Source: an uncultured Spirochaetaceae bacterium (GTDB lineage Bacteria > Spirochaetota > Spirochaetia > Treponematales > Treponemataceae). From it: a stretch of 64,000 nucleotides of DNA. Each line of letters opens with the position of its first letter. Positions within the stretch are counted from its first letter, which is position 1. The translations under genes were made by a program, and so were the position numbers. The notes beneath the pieces are model-generated. The model was given only the letters and a program-made list of their open reading frames with translations, made no database searches and was not told the origin of the DNA. Of this stretch, positions 20,940 through 30,097 are shown one piece after another. The stretch lies in NCBI GenBank assembly GCA_902789325.1, contig CADANN010000001.1, positions 38,024 through 102,023 on the forward strand, read 5' to 3'.

Positions 20940-22643
20940 TTACTGTTTCTTATAGATTTCGTTTGTAAGAGCTACAATCTTGTCTACATTAAGATTCTTA
21001 CAGCTTGAAACATATTCGTTCCAATCCTTATTGATATCTTTCTGGCCAGTTACAAACTTGAGTGTCCATGCATTGATGTTATCAATAAGTGGAACTGCCC
21101 AGAGGTTCAACTGTTCACGTTCATCTTCTGTTGGTTTAGCTTTTGGATCTACAGTTGCTACAGTCTTATATTTTCCATAGCGAGCATACAAATCCTGTAC
21201 TTCTGGAGTGAATGCATCTGTTGATTCTTCTGTTGAGTGACCATAGAAGTAGTTACCACCAGCATAACCCCACTTAAGACGGATATCAATAAAGTCATCT
21301 GGACCAGGAAGTCCAAGACCACCACACTTAAAGCCGTCCTTAAGCTTCTTAATCTTTGCACCGTTAGAAGCAGTACCCCATTCCCATGTCTTTCCTTCTG
21401 GACCCCACTTACAAAGTGAGTAAGCTTCCTTAGAATAGAACATCCAGTCAACAAAGCGCATAAGTTTAATGAATCCTTCTTTTCCGAGTTCATCAAGAGC
21501 CTTCTGAGAAATCATAACACCACATTCAAGACGTGAAGTTTCTGCAAGGTTCTTGTTTGTTCCAGATGGATAAGCAGTTACGTAGCATTTTGCGCTGTCG
21601 CCGAGAATCTTCTGAACACCAGCAATATCGTTTGCCATCTGTGAGCGGTTTGTAGACATAATTACAGTCTTTCCGCTGTAGAACTTGTTGTGAGCAACAT
21701 CATCAGCCTGTGTAAATGTTTCTGGATCAAGAAGACCATCTTTTACAAAGCTGTTAGCAACTGTAACAAGTTTCTTAAAATCATCACTAATAGAAGATGA
21801 GTAGAATTCTTTCTTGTTCCAGTCATATTTAATACCACCGTTTGAACCTTCAATAGCCCATCCAGAAAGAACATTGTAAGAAGCACCCATCAACTTAAGA
21901 AGGTTACCACCCTGTCCTTTTCCAGATTCACCACACCAGAGGTCAGACCAGATGTAGTCAGAGTCTTTGCAAAGGCCATTTGCAACCATGTATTTCTTTA
22001 CACCTACGAGAACATCGTGAAGGCTTTCCCATGTCCAGTCTTTTTCGAGTTCGCGGATATTGTAGCCAGCTGCTTCGAAAATGTCTTCACGAACCATGAT
22101 TGTATAGTCCTGAAGAGCAGCCTGATGCATACCTGGGAGACGATAGAATTTTCCATCGCTCTGGCGGATTGTATCAAGATCTGGATCCATGTTGTATTTC
22201 TTTACGAAAGCAGAGAAGTTAGGCATGTACTGAACATAATCAGATACAGGAACTACACCGCCTCCAGAAACATACTGGTTTTCATCATAAATCTTTGGAA
22301 TGATGTATGTTGGATTTCCAGAGTTGATTGCAAGGTTTACCTTCTGACCATAATCTCCAGAGTCATAAGATGTGATGTCGAGATGAACATTTGTTACATC
22401 CTCGATATCCTTGAATACACCTTCAGTCTTCCATGTATCCTGCATTGCATACCATGAAGCATCACTGAAAGAAATTGAATAAGTTACTTTTTCATCAGAG
22501 TGGAAAGTCTTTTCCTCTCCGAATGTGTAACCTTTAGCCTCAGCAGATGCAGCTCCGCCTTTTGCTGCAGTTTTGCCAGAACAAGCCGTAAACAAAGCAG
22601 CAGCACATGTGATTGCAACAGCAATAGTCGCAATTTTTTTCAT
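20940..22643 (-). CDS. extracellular solute-binding lipoprotein of a carbohydrate ABC importer
   Basis: 567 aa, lipobox LFTAC, large family-1 (LplA-like) SBP. Confidence 0.85.
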   Translation of the reverse strand: MKKIATIAVAITCAAALFTACSGKTAAKGGAASAEAKGYTFGEEKTFHSDEKVTYSISFSDASWYAMQDTWKTEGVFKDIEDVTNVHLDITSYDSGDYGQKVNLAINSGNPTYIIPKIYDENQYVSGGGVVPVSDYVQYMPNFSAFVKKYNMDPDLDTIRQSDGKFYRLPGMHQAALQDYTIMVREDIFEAAGYNIRELEKDWTWESLHDVLVGVKKYMVANGLCKDSDYIWSDLWCGESGKGQGGNLLKLMGASYNVLSGWAIEGSNGGIKYDWNKKEFYSSSISDDFKKLVTVANSFVKDGLLDPETFTQADDVAHNKFYSGKTVIMSTNRSQMANDIAGVQKILGDSAKCYVTAYPSGTNKNLAETSRLECGVMISQKALDELGKEGFIKLMRFVDWMFYSKEAYSLCKWGPEGKTWEWGTASNGAKIKKLKDGFKCGGLGLPGPDDFIDIRLKWGYAGGNYFYGHSTEESTDAFTPEVQDLYARYGKYKTVATVDPKAKPTEDEREQLNLWAVPLIDNINAWTLKFVTGQKDINKDWNEYVSSCKNLNVDKIVALTNEIYKKQ

Positions 22644-22681
22644 AGTTTTATCCTCCTTATTGATAAAAACTTTTTCTTAAA

Positions 22682-23575
22682 TTACTCTTTTACACCACCA
22701 AGCATCATACCCTCTACGTAGTACTTCGAGATGAATGGGTATATACAGATAATTGGCAGAGCCATAAGAACCATAGAACAAGACTTAATATTTGCGGCAA
22801 TCTGCATTTTTTCTGCAGTAGCCTCTCCAGGATCAGCAGATGTAGATGCACCAGAAATAATAGTCTTAAGATAATAAGCAACCGGCCACATTTCTTTCTT
22901 ATCAAGATAAAGGAATGCGTTGTACCAGTTGTTCCAGTATCCAACAGCATTGAACAAAATCATGGTTGCAATAATTGGCATTGAAAGAGGAAGAACGATG
23001 CGGATAAAAATACCGATAGGAGAAAGTCCATCAAGTTCACCTGCTTCTTCCAGTTCATGCGGAGTTTCTGCAAAGAATGATTTCATCAAAATGATGTAAT
23101 ATGTACTGAGCATTGACGGAATGATAAAGCCAGCAACGCGGTTAATAAGATGAAGCTTCATCATAAGAACGTAGTTTGGAATTAAACCGCCACCAAAATA
23201 CATTGTAAAGATTACAAACTTTGTAAGAACCTTATAGCCTTTCAACTCTTTTTTAGAAAGAGGATAAGCCATACAGCAGCTGAATACAAGAGAAAGAATT
23301 GTTCCCAAAACCGAATAAACTACAGTGTTCTTATAAGCATGCAAGAACTCACCTTTAGCAAGTACAGACTTATAAGTTTGAACATTAAAGCCGATTGGCC
23401 AGAGAGTTACTTTTCCCAAAGTAATTGCTTCTTCTGAAGAAAAAGACTGTGCTACAAGATACAGGAACGGATAAAGAGTTACCGCACATACAAAAATCAT
23501 AATTACGGTATTAAACCATTTGAATACGAGATAGCCTGTTGTTTCTCTTACTTTTACGCCAGTTGTTTCAGACAT
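22682..23575 (-). CDS. carbohydrate ABC transporter permease
   Basis: Six TM helices and an EAA loop (ELEEAGELDG). Start placed after an AAGGAGG RBS. Confidence 0.9.
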   Translation of the reverse strand: MSETTGVKVRETTGYLVFKWFNTVIMIFVCAVTLYPFLYLVAQSFSSEEAITLGKVTLWPIGFNVQTYKSVLAKGEFLHAYKNTVVYSVLGTILSLVFSCCMAYPLSKKELKGYKVLTKFVIFTMYFGGGLIPNYVLMMKLHLINRVAGFIIPSMLSTYYIILMKSFFAETPHELEEAGELDGLSPIGIFIRIVLPLSMPIIATMILFNAVGYWNNWYNAFLYLDKKEMWPVAYYLKTIISGASTSADPGEATAEKMQIAANIKSCSMVLMALPIICIYPFISKYYVEGMMLGGVKE

Positions 23576-23595
23576 TTTTCTATTCCTCCTTACCC

Positions 23596-24558
23596 TTACC
23601 ACAATCCTGAGCCAGAAACTTTCTTTGAAACCTTATTTGCAACAGTAAGCAAAGTAAGATTCAACAAAGCTTCAAATAAACCTACAGCAGTTGCATAGCT
23701 GTAGTTACCAGAACCAAGACCCATTCGGAATACGAAGGTAGAAATAATATCAGCTGTCTCATATGTCATTGGGTTATACAAAAGGAATACCTTTTCGAAA
23801 GCACCACCAGAACCAACAAGACCACCAATATCAAGAATAAGCAAAGTAGTAATTGTAGGAAGAATACAAGGAATTGTTACGTGCCATACGCGCTGGAAAT
23901 GATTTGCTCCATCAACTTCAGCAGCTTCATACAAAGAAGGATTGATACCCGCAATAGCAGCAAGATAGAGAATTGTACCCCATCCCAAAGCCTGCCATAC
24001 ACCCGAAATTACGAAAATCGGGTTGAAGTACTGAGGGAATGCAATGAATGAAATTTTATCTCCACCAAAATGAGCAATCAACTGATTGAGAGGACCACTT
24101 GTAGAAACAAGCTCACGAATCATACCAGTTACAATTACCATAGAAATAAAGTGTGGAAGGTAAGAAACAGTCTGTACAAACTTCTTCCACCAAAGTGCTT
24201 TAATTTCATTTAAAAGAAGTGCAAAAATCAGAGTTAATGGGAATCGTACCAGAAGATAAGAAATGTTAAGTACGAGAGTGTTTCTGAATGCACGCCAGAA
24301 TGTTTTATCACCAATAAACTGCTTAAAATATTTTAATCCACTCCACTTTTGACCAAAAAGACTTCCACCTGCACGATAACGACGGAACGCAATAATGTTT
24401 CCGGCCATAGGAATATAGCGGAAGATGATGTAATAGAGAATAGGAATCAAAAGCAGTGCATAGAACTGCCAGTACTTGCGAATATACTTCTTGAAATTCT
24501 GTGATTTTGCGGCAGAATTCAAGTCAGTAACCTGATTTTTTTGTGTTTTCTTGAACAT
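23596..24558 (-). CDS. carbohydrate ABC transporter permease (LplB-like)
   Basis: Membrane protein with an EAA loop (YEAAEVDGAN). Confidence 0.9.
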   Translation of the reverse strand: MFKKTQKNQVTDLNSAAKSQNFKKYIRKYWQFYALLLIPILYYIIFRYIPMAGNIIAFRRYRAGGSLFGQKWSGLKYFKQFIGDKTFWRAFRNTLVLNISYLLVRFPLTLIFALLLNEIKALWWKKFVQTVSYLPHFISMVIVTGMIRELVSTSGPLNQLIAHFGGDKISFIAFPQYFNPIFVISGVWQALGWGTILYLAAIAGINPSLYEAAEVDGANHFQRVWHVTIPCILPTITTLLILDIGGLVGSGGAFEKVFLLYNPMTYETADIISTFVFRMGLGSGNYSYATAVGLFEALLNLTLLTVANKVSKKVSGSGLW

Positions 24559-24599
24559 TTTATTACCTGTTTTTAAGATTGTATGCTATAATTTAATCG

Positions 24600-24627
24600 C
24601 AAGCGTACTTGCATACTAGTACGCTTG
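24600..24627. promoter_or_regulatory. candidate GntR operator (inverted repeat containing ATACTAGTA)
   Basis: CAAGCGTAC (24600-08) and GTACGCTTG (24619-27) lie in the divergent region between the sugar ABC operon and the GntR gene. The core ATACTAGTA is at 24613-21. Confidence 0.45.
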
Positions 24628-24737
24628 TACATTTAGTATAATATATCATAATGCATAAATGTCAAGAAAAATATCTGTTTTATAAGAAAAAACTAGTATT
24701 GACGGGTTATTACTTAAACTCTAATATGAGAGGATAT

Positions 24738-25412
24738 ATGAAAAATACTGCAAAACGTGAAAAAGAAACGAACAGAGAGTATGCTCTTCGTGTTATCAGA
24801 GAAAACATTGTAAAACTTGAACTTGCCCCTGGAAGTATGATAAGTGAGCAGGATATTGCAAATGAGTTGAATCTTTCCAGAACTCCAGTCCACGAAGCCA
24901 TGCAGGAGCTTTCTTCAACAAAGATAATCGAGATTCTCCCACAGCGAGGCAGTCATGTAAGTCTGATTGATATGGATCTTGTTGATGAGGCTATCTTTGT
25001 TAGAGCAACTATAGAATCTGCAATTACAGAAATGTGCTGTAAACAGGCAACAGAACAGGATATTCAAGAGCTGGAAGAAAACGTTACTCTTCAGCAATTT
25101 TATTTTGAAAAGAATAATCTTGATAAAATCATGGAACTGGATAATGACTTCCATGAAAAAATGTACCGCATTACAAAAAAAATGCAGTGCCACTACATGA
25201 TAAGATTAATCAGCATTCATTATGACAGAATTCGAGAGCTTCACCTTCACTCTTTTAATCCAGAATTAATAATTAATGAACACCAGGATATTCTCAATGC
25301 AATAAAAAACAGGGATGCAAAGGCTGCAAAAGAAGCAGTTAGCAAACATCTTTCACGAAAACACACTCAGGAAGATGAAATAAAGAAGATATTCCCACAG
25401 TATTTTGCGTAA
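24738..25412 (+). CDS. GntR-family (FadR/FCD subfamily) transcriptional regulator
   Basis: Winged HTH (LNLSRTPVHEAMQEL) plus a helical FCD domain. The start was trimmed to MKNTAK, which follows the promoter TTGACG-17-TAATAT (24699-24727) and a GAGAGGA RBS. Confidence 0.88.
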   Translation: MKNTAKREKETNREYALRVIRENIVKLELAPGSMISEQDIANELNLSRTPVHEAMQELSSTKIIEILPQRGSHVSLIDMDLVDEAIFVRATIESAITEMCCKQATEQDIQELEENVTLQQFYFEKNNLDKIMELDNDFHEKMYRITKKMQCHYMIRLISIHYDRIRELHLHSFNPELIINEHQDILNAIKNRDAKAAKEAVSKHLSRKHTQEDEIKKIFPQYFA

Positions 25413-25435
25413 AAAAAAATATTTAAAAATAAAAT

Positions 25436-25470
25436 TTGACATCTGCATTTTTTACAAATATACTAGTATA
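25436..25470 (+). promoter_or_regulatory. TRAP operon promoter with overlapping palindromic operator
   Basis: TTGACA (25436-41), 17-nt spacer, TATACT (25459-64). The 12-bp perfect palindrome TATACTAGTATA (25459-70) overlaps the -10. Confidence 0.55.
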
Positions 25471-25513
25471 CAAGTTAGGGGAAATCCCTTATGAAAAATA
25501 TTAGGAGTAAAAA

Positions 25514-26515
25514 ATGAAAAAACTATTAAAAATTTCAAGTGCAGTAACAATCGCATTAATTCTTTTGTTATCATCATGTTCAAAAAAATCTGAATCATCA
25601 GACAAAAAGATTCCAGTAACCTTCGCCGGAACAGAAGCCGCAACTACAGGTCAGAGCCGTATGATGCAGGCTGTTGCAGACAGACTCAATGCAACAGGCC
25701 GTTTTAGCGCTACAGTTCAGGTAGCAGGTGCTTTATCTGGTGATACAGATGCTCTGGTAACACAGGCAAAACTCGGTGTAAGCCTTGTTGTTCCTAGTGA
25801 CCCTGGACGTCTTGCAAGCCAGTTCAAAATCCCAGATCTGAACATTCTTATGGCTCCATATATTCTTACAGATCCAGCTTCTTTGAAAAAGCTTCCAGAT
25901 ACAAAGCTCTTTAAAGAATGGCAGGCTGAATTGGAAAAACAGGGCATTGTATATATCACAAACATGTATAACGGTTTCCGCTGCTTCTATACAACAAAGC
26001 CAGTAGCTCACGTATCTGATTTGTCTGGACTTCGCATCCGCGGATTTGGTAACTCAATTGGAAACAATCTTGCAAAGTATTTTGGTTTTGCTAATATCGG
26101 TATTTCATGGGGCGAAGTATTCCCTGGAATTCAGCAGAAAACTCTCGATGGTTGTGAAGTTCAGGTTGCAACCGCAGATGGTTCACGCCTTTATGAAGTT
26201 GTAAAGAACATTGCCATGACAAAGCACTATATGCTTCAGTCTGCATTCGTTTGTTCAGCAAACTTCTACAACAGCCTTTCTCCAAGCGACAGAGAAATCT
26301 TTGTAAAAACAATGCGCGAAGCTGCTCTTGAATATGGCGAAATCATCAGAAACGAAGAAGCCGGATATTATGACAACATGAAAGCTCATGGAGTTACAAT
26401 TACAGATGTAGATATTGCAGAATTCCAGAAAGCTATTGAACCTTTATATACAAATAATGATTTAGGATTTTCAGCAGGTTTAAAAGACAGACTTTTCAAA
26501 GAGTTGAGTGAATAA
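25514..26515 (+). CDS. dctP: TRAP transporter substrate-binding protein
   Basis: Lipoprotein signal (LLLSSC), DctP-family length and gene context. Confidence 0.88.
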   Translation: MKKLLKISSAVTIALILLLSSCSKKSESSDKKIPVTFAGTEAATTGQSRMMQAVADRLNATGRFSATVQVAGALSGDTDALVTQAKLGVSLVVPSDPGRLASQFKIPDLNILMAPYILTDPASLKKLPDTKLFKEWQAELEKQGIVYITNMYNGFRCFYTTKPVAHVSDLSGLRIRGFGNSIGNNLAKYFGFANIGISWGEVFPGIQQKTLDGCEVQVATADGSRLYEVVKNIAMTKHYMLQSAFVCSANFYNSLSPSDREIFVKTMREAALEYGEIIRNEEAGYYDNMKAHGVTITDVDIAEFQKAIEPLYTNNDLGFSAGLKDRLFKELSE

Positions 26516-26532
26516 ATTATTTGTAATTAATA

Positions 26533-26568
26533 AGAGGGTGCATCATTTTTGACGCATCCTCTTTTTTT
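26533..26568 (+). terminator. intercistronic hairpin/partial terminator between dctP and dctQ
   Basis: AGAGGGTGCATC-ATTTTT-GACGCATCCTCT followed by TTTTTT. Confidence 0.55.
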
Positions 26569-26581
26569 AAAGGTGCTATTT

Positions 26582-27073
26582 ATGAAAAAAATTTTAAAAT
26601 ATTTAGATCTGGCAGAAAAAGCCGTTTGTGGAGGCGGATTTGTTCTTCTTGTTCTGCTGGTTTTTATGTCTGCTATATTACGTTTCTTAAGAATATCAAT
26701 GTCCTGGAATATTGACCTGGCAATGCTTCTTCTGGCCTGGACCAGTTTTTTGGGTGCTGATATTGCCTGGAGATCTGGCCAATTGATAGGAATTGATATT
26801 TTGACCAGACATTTACCTCCTGTAGTTCAAAAGATTTTGTCACTGATTATTTATGTAATAATTTTCTTTTTGACATGTGTAATTTGTGTATATGGTGCAC
26901 GCCTTGTCTGGGTAGAAAGATTAAGAACATATCAGTCTATACCTATTCCCTACTCTGTAGTTACTTTGAGCCTTGTTGTTGCAACTTTTTCAATGGCTCT
27001 TTCTACAATCGGAAAAATCAAAAAAGTAATTCTTTCATTTAAAGAAGAAAAATCTGTGGAGGTATCAGAATGA
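26582..27073 (+). CDS. dctQ: TRAP transporter small permease
   Basis: Four TM helices. Start trimmed to MKKILKY, downstream of the hairpin. Confidence 0.85.
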   Translation: MKKILKYLDLAEKAVCGGGFVLLVLLVFMSAILRFLRISMSWNIDLAMLLLAWTSFLGADIAWRSGQLIGIDILTRHLPPVVQKILSLIIYVIIFFLTCVICVYGARLVWVERLRTYQSIPIPYSVVTLSLVVATFSMALSTIGKIKKVILSFKEEKSVEVSE

Positions 27074-28359
27074 CACTTCTACTTTTATGTTTTGTTTTAT
27101 TCCTTATTTTGGGAATGCCTATTGCCTATGTAATTGGACTTGCCGGTTTTGCTTACTTTTTGAGCCAGCCTGTATTGCCTTTTGAAGCTGCTACGCAGAT
27201 GGTTGTTTTACAGAGTCAGTCCTTCGCATTCCTGGCTGTTCCTTTTTTTATTTTTGCAGGAAACTTAATGAATGTTTCCGGAATTACAGAACAGCTTTTG
27301 AGTCTGGCCCGCCTTTTGACTCGCAGAATGTACGGTGGAACTGCTCAGATTTCTGTAGTTATGTCCACAATGATGGGTGGAGTTTCAGGTTCAGCAACTG
27401 CCGATGCTGCTATGGAAACAAGAATTCTTGGGCCGGAAATGCAGGCACGTGGTTACACAAAAGGCTACATCACTTCTGTAAATTGTCTTACAGCACTCAT
27501 AACCGCAACAATTCCTCCAAGCCTTGGTTTGATTATTTTTGGATTTGTAGGTGAAGTTTCTATTGGCCGACTTTTTGCTGCCGGTATTATTCCAGGCATT
27601 TTGATGATGATTTTCCTGATGGCTACAGTTTCTATTACAAGCCGCATAAGAAAATTTGACCCGCCAATGCATAATGCCACAAGACTAACAATTAAAGAAT
27701 TATTGCAGAATCTAAAAGTTTCTGTATGGGCACTTTTGTTCCCAATTATTTTGATTGTTGGAATTAGATTTGGTTTGTTCACCCCGTCAGAATCTGGAGC
27801 ATTTGCTGTAATTTATGCACTTATCGTCGGAAAGTTTGTTTATAAAAAACTCAATTGGGATAACTTCAAGGAAGCTCTTATTACCAGTGTAAAGGACACC
27901 GGTGCCATCATGCTGATAATTGCAATGTCAGGTCCTTTCAGCTATGCAATTACCTGGGTAAAACTCCCTGCAGTCCTTTCTAACTTTATTTTTGGAATTA
28001 CAGAAAATCCTCAGCTTTTGACTTTGTTAATGCTTGGCTTTCTCTTTATTTCAGGAATGTTTGTAGACAGTAACGTAAACTTCCTTCTTCTGACACCTAT
28101 TTTCCTTCCAATGGTAACAAGTGTTGGAATGGATCCAGTTCACTTTGGAGTTCTTATGGCTACAATCGTTACCCTGGGGGTTATGACGCCTCCTGTAGGT
28201 TCTGCATTGTACACAGTATGTGGAATAATAAACTGTCCTCCAGAAGAATACACAAAAGAAAGTATTCCTTTCTTTATTGCAATTTTGCTTGAGCTTGCAA
28301 TACTTGTATTCTGTCCAAAGCTGGTACTATTTATTCCAAATCTGATTTTTGGGGCTTAA
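27070..28359 (+). CDS. dctM: TRAP transporter large permease
   Basis: 429-aa polytopic membrane protein. ATGA overlap with dctQ. Confidence 0.9.
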   Translation: MTLLLLCFVLFLILGMPIAYVIGLAGFAYFLSQPVLPFEAATQMVVLQSQSFAFLAVPFFIFAGNLMNVSGITEQLLSLARLLTRRMYGGTAQISVVMSTMMGGVSGSATADAAMETRILGPEMQARGYTKGYITSVNCLTALITATIPPSLGLIIFGFVGEVSIGRLFAAGIIPGILMMIFLMATVSITSRIRKFDPPMHNATRLTIKELLQNLKVSVWALLFPIILIVGIRFGLFTPSESGAFAVIYALIVGKFVYKKLNWDNFKEALITSVKDTGAIMLIIAMSGPFSYAITWVKLPAVLSNFIFGITENPQLLTLLMLGFLFISGMFVDSNVNFLLLTPIFLPMVTSVGMDPVHFGVLMATIVTLGVMTPPVGSALYTVCGIINCPPEEYTKESIPFFIAILLELAILVFCPKLVLFIPNLIFGA

Positions 28360-28398
28360 AAAAAATTATAAAAATTTAAAAAAATATGATATTTGTTA

Positions 28399-28425
28399 TT
28401 GACATAAAATGCAGTTTCGTATAAT
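28399..28425 (+). promoter_or_regulatory. sigma70-type promoter for tRNA-Asp
   Basis: TTGACA (28399-404) with TATAAT (28420-25) or TAATAT (28422-27), about 15 nt upstream of the tRNA. Confidence 0.6.
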
Positions 28426-28439
28426 ATAACAAACATCAC

Positions 28440-28513
28440 GCGGGCGTAGCGAAGCTGGTTATCGCGCTGGCCTGTCACGCCGGAGATCGCGGGTTCGAGC
28501 CCCGCCGCTCGCG
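28440..28513 (+). tRNA. tRNA-Asp (anticodon GTC)
   Basis: Hand-folded cloverleaf. Acceptor GCGGGCG/CGCTCGC (one G-U), D stem GCGA/TCGC, anticodon loop CTGTCAC, T arm GCGGG-TTCGAGC-CCCGC. No encoded CCA. Confidence 0.93.
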
Positions 28514-28515
28514 CT

Positions 28516-28544
28516 AAGCCTTCCGTTCATCGGAAGGCTTTTTT
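28516..28544 (+). terminator. intrinsic terminator after tRNA-Asp
   Basis: AAGCCTTCCG-TTCAT-CGGAAGGCTT followed by TTTT. Confidence 0.7.
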
Positions 28545-28609
28545 ATTTCCTATTCGGGACGATGATGTCGCTTCCAGCGACATTCTCCGAGTTCTGACAA
28601 TTTTCTTTA

Positions 28610-28682
28610 CGGGTATTAGCGCAGCTGGTAGCGCGTGTCGTTCGGGACGATAAGGTCGCTGGTTCGAATCCAGTATACCCGA
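28610..28682 (+). tRNA. tRNA-Pro (anticodon CGG)
   Basis: Hand-folded cloverleaf. Acceptor CGGGTAT/ATACCCG, D stem GCGC/GCGC, anticodon loop TTCGGGA, T arm GCTGG-TTCGAAT-CCAGT. Confidence 0.93.
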
Positions 28683-28779
28683 TTTCTTTTTACTATTTTC
28701 CTTTAGTACAAACAAAGCGAAATTTCACATATCTTTAAGATTCAAGTATATAAATATTAATTACAAAGCAACTAAGCTT

Positions 28780-28830
28780 ATGACAGTCCCATTGTAAATC
28801 GATGACAGAACCAGAGTCATGTGTTATAAT
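28780..28830 (+). promoter_or_regulatory. candidate toxin-antitoxin promoter with direct repeats ATGACAG x2
   Basis: ATGACAG at 28780-86 and 28802-08; the second is in the -35 position. TATAAT at 28825-30. Confidence 0.4.
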
Positions 28831-28860
28831 AATTTTAGAAATTATCCAGGAGGTATAGAA

Positions 28861-29106
28861 ATGCCAAAACCAGTTGCTGACCTTTATGACACATTAACTC
28901 TAACTGCACAACAGGAAGCTTACGATTTTATGATGTATCTTTTACAAAAGCAGCAGAATCTCTCTGAAACAATGCAAAAAGACGTAAGAAAACAAAAAAG
29001 AATGGCAGCTCTTTCCGAATTTGCTGGAAGCATGAAAGACACCTGGAAAGATATAGATGCTCTTGAATATCAGAAAAAACTAAGAGAGGAAAGAACAATT
29101 GGCTAA
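28861..29106 (+). CDS. putative antitoxin (VapB-like partner of the PIN toxin)
   Basis: 81 aa. AGGAGG RBS, 8-nt overlap with the downstream PIN gene, small charged protein. Confidence 0.6.
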   Translation: MPKPVADLYDTLTLTAQQEAYDFMMYLLQKQQNLSETMQKDVRKQKRMAALSEFAGSMKDTWKDIDALEYQKKLREERTIG

Positions 29107-29515
29107 AAAAGTTTTTATAGATACAAATCCTATAATTTACCTTGTAAGCCAGCAAGAGCCATTTTACAGCAAGGTTGTAAAATTTATGTCTGACTGCATT
29201 GCAGATGATGCTGAATTTTACACATCAACCATTACTGATGCAGAGTTCCTTGTAAAGCCTTTTGAGATTGAAGATAAAGAGCAGATTGAAAAATATAGAA
29301 ATCTTCTTAATTCTCTAGAATTTTTGAAATGTTTTATAAACGATCAAGTTGGCGAAAAAGCTGCAAAATTGAGAGCTAAATATCCAGATATAAAACTTGG
29401 AGATGCATTACAGATGGCAGCAAGTATTGATTGTAATTGCGATACCTTCCTTACTAATGATAAACAACTAAAACAAGTCAATGAAGCTAAGGTCTTATAT
29501 ATTGGTGATTTGTAA
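29099..29515 (+). CDS. vapC: PIN-domain ribonuclease toxin (VapC-like)
   Basis: N-terminal FIDTNPIIYL (first PIN acidic residue) and later D/E residues (TDAE, TNDKQ). 138 aa. Confidence 0.8.
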   Translation: MAKKVFIDTNPIIYLVSQQEPFYSKVVKFMSDCIADDAEFYTSTITDAEFLVKPFEIEDKEQIEKYRNLLNSLEFLKCFINDQVGEKAAKLRAKYPDIKLGDALQMAASIDCNCDTFLTNDKQLKQVNEAKVLYIGDL

Positions 29516-29548
29516 GAGGTTTTATTAATATAAATTAGAATTCTATTT

Positions 29549-30097
29549 ATGTCAGAAAGAAATAATCCTATAAAAGTACTGAATGCTTTTTCCAGAAAAT
29601 TCGCAAAGATGAGTAATGATGATTTAGATGCTCAACCGGCACCAGTTTCGAAAGATAAAAAACTTCAGGATGAAATTAATAGCAGAGAAGAAGAACGAGA
29701 AACTTATTTACGCCGTCGATTTGAGGATTATGCAAATCCACGCACTCAAGATATTGAAGAGGATGAAGATAATCTGATAAAGGCTTATGAGTTCTTTTGC
29801 AAGCTTACAGAATTCTGTGAGAACGAAAAATCTGAAAATCAAAATACAAAACTACGCTCAATGGAACTTTCTTCTCCTCTTTGCCGAAAAGCTGATTACA
29901 CGCTTGGAGACGATATAGCATTTTTGAAACTCTGGTTTTTGCAAAAAAATCCGGACAGCAATTTTGTACCAGAATTTACCCGCGCAGACAATGGACAGTT
30001 TTATCTGAACTTTACTGCACGAGAACTCTGGAGCCCTACTTCACTTGAAAAAGAGATTTTGCGTACTTTGGAAAATTCCGAAGAGGAAAATGATTAA
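29549..30097 (+). CDS. acidic hypothetical protein
   Basis: 182-aa ORF with no motif recognised. Its 3' end overlaps the 3' end of purF by 4 nt. Confidence 0.45.
   Translation: MSERNNPIKVLNAFSRKFAKMSNDDLDAQPAPVSKDKKLQDEINSREEERETYLRRRFEDYANPRTQDIEEDEDNLIKAYEFFCKLTEFCENEKSENQNTKLRSMELSSPLCRKADYTLGDDIAFLKLWFLQKNPDSNFVPEFTRADNGQFYLNFTARELWSPTSLEKEILRTLENSEEEND

Noticed and set aside
28527-28715. A 62-aa minus-strand ORF spanning the tRNA region.
   Set aside because: It overlaps tRNA-Pro and the inter-tRNA terminator. There is no RBS and it is explained by the tRNA sequence.
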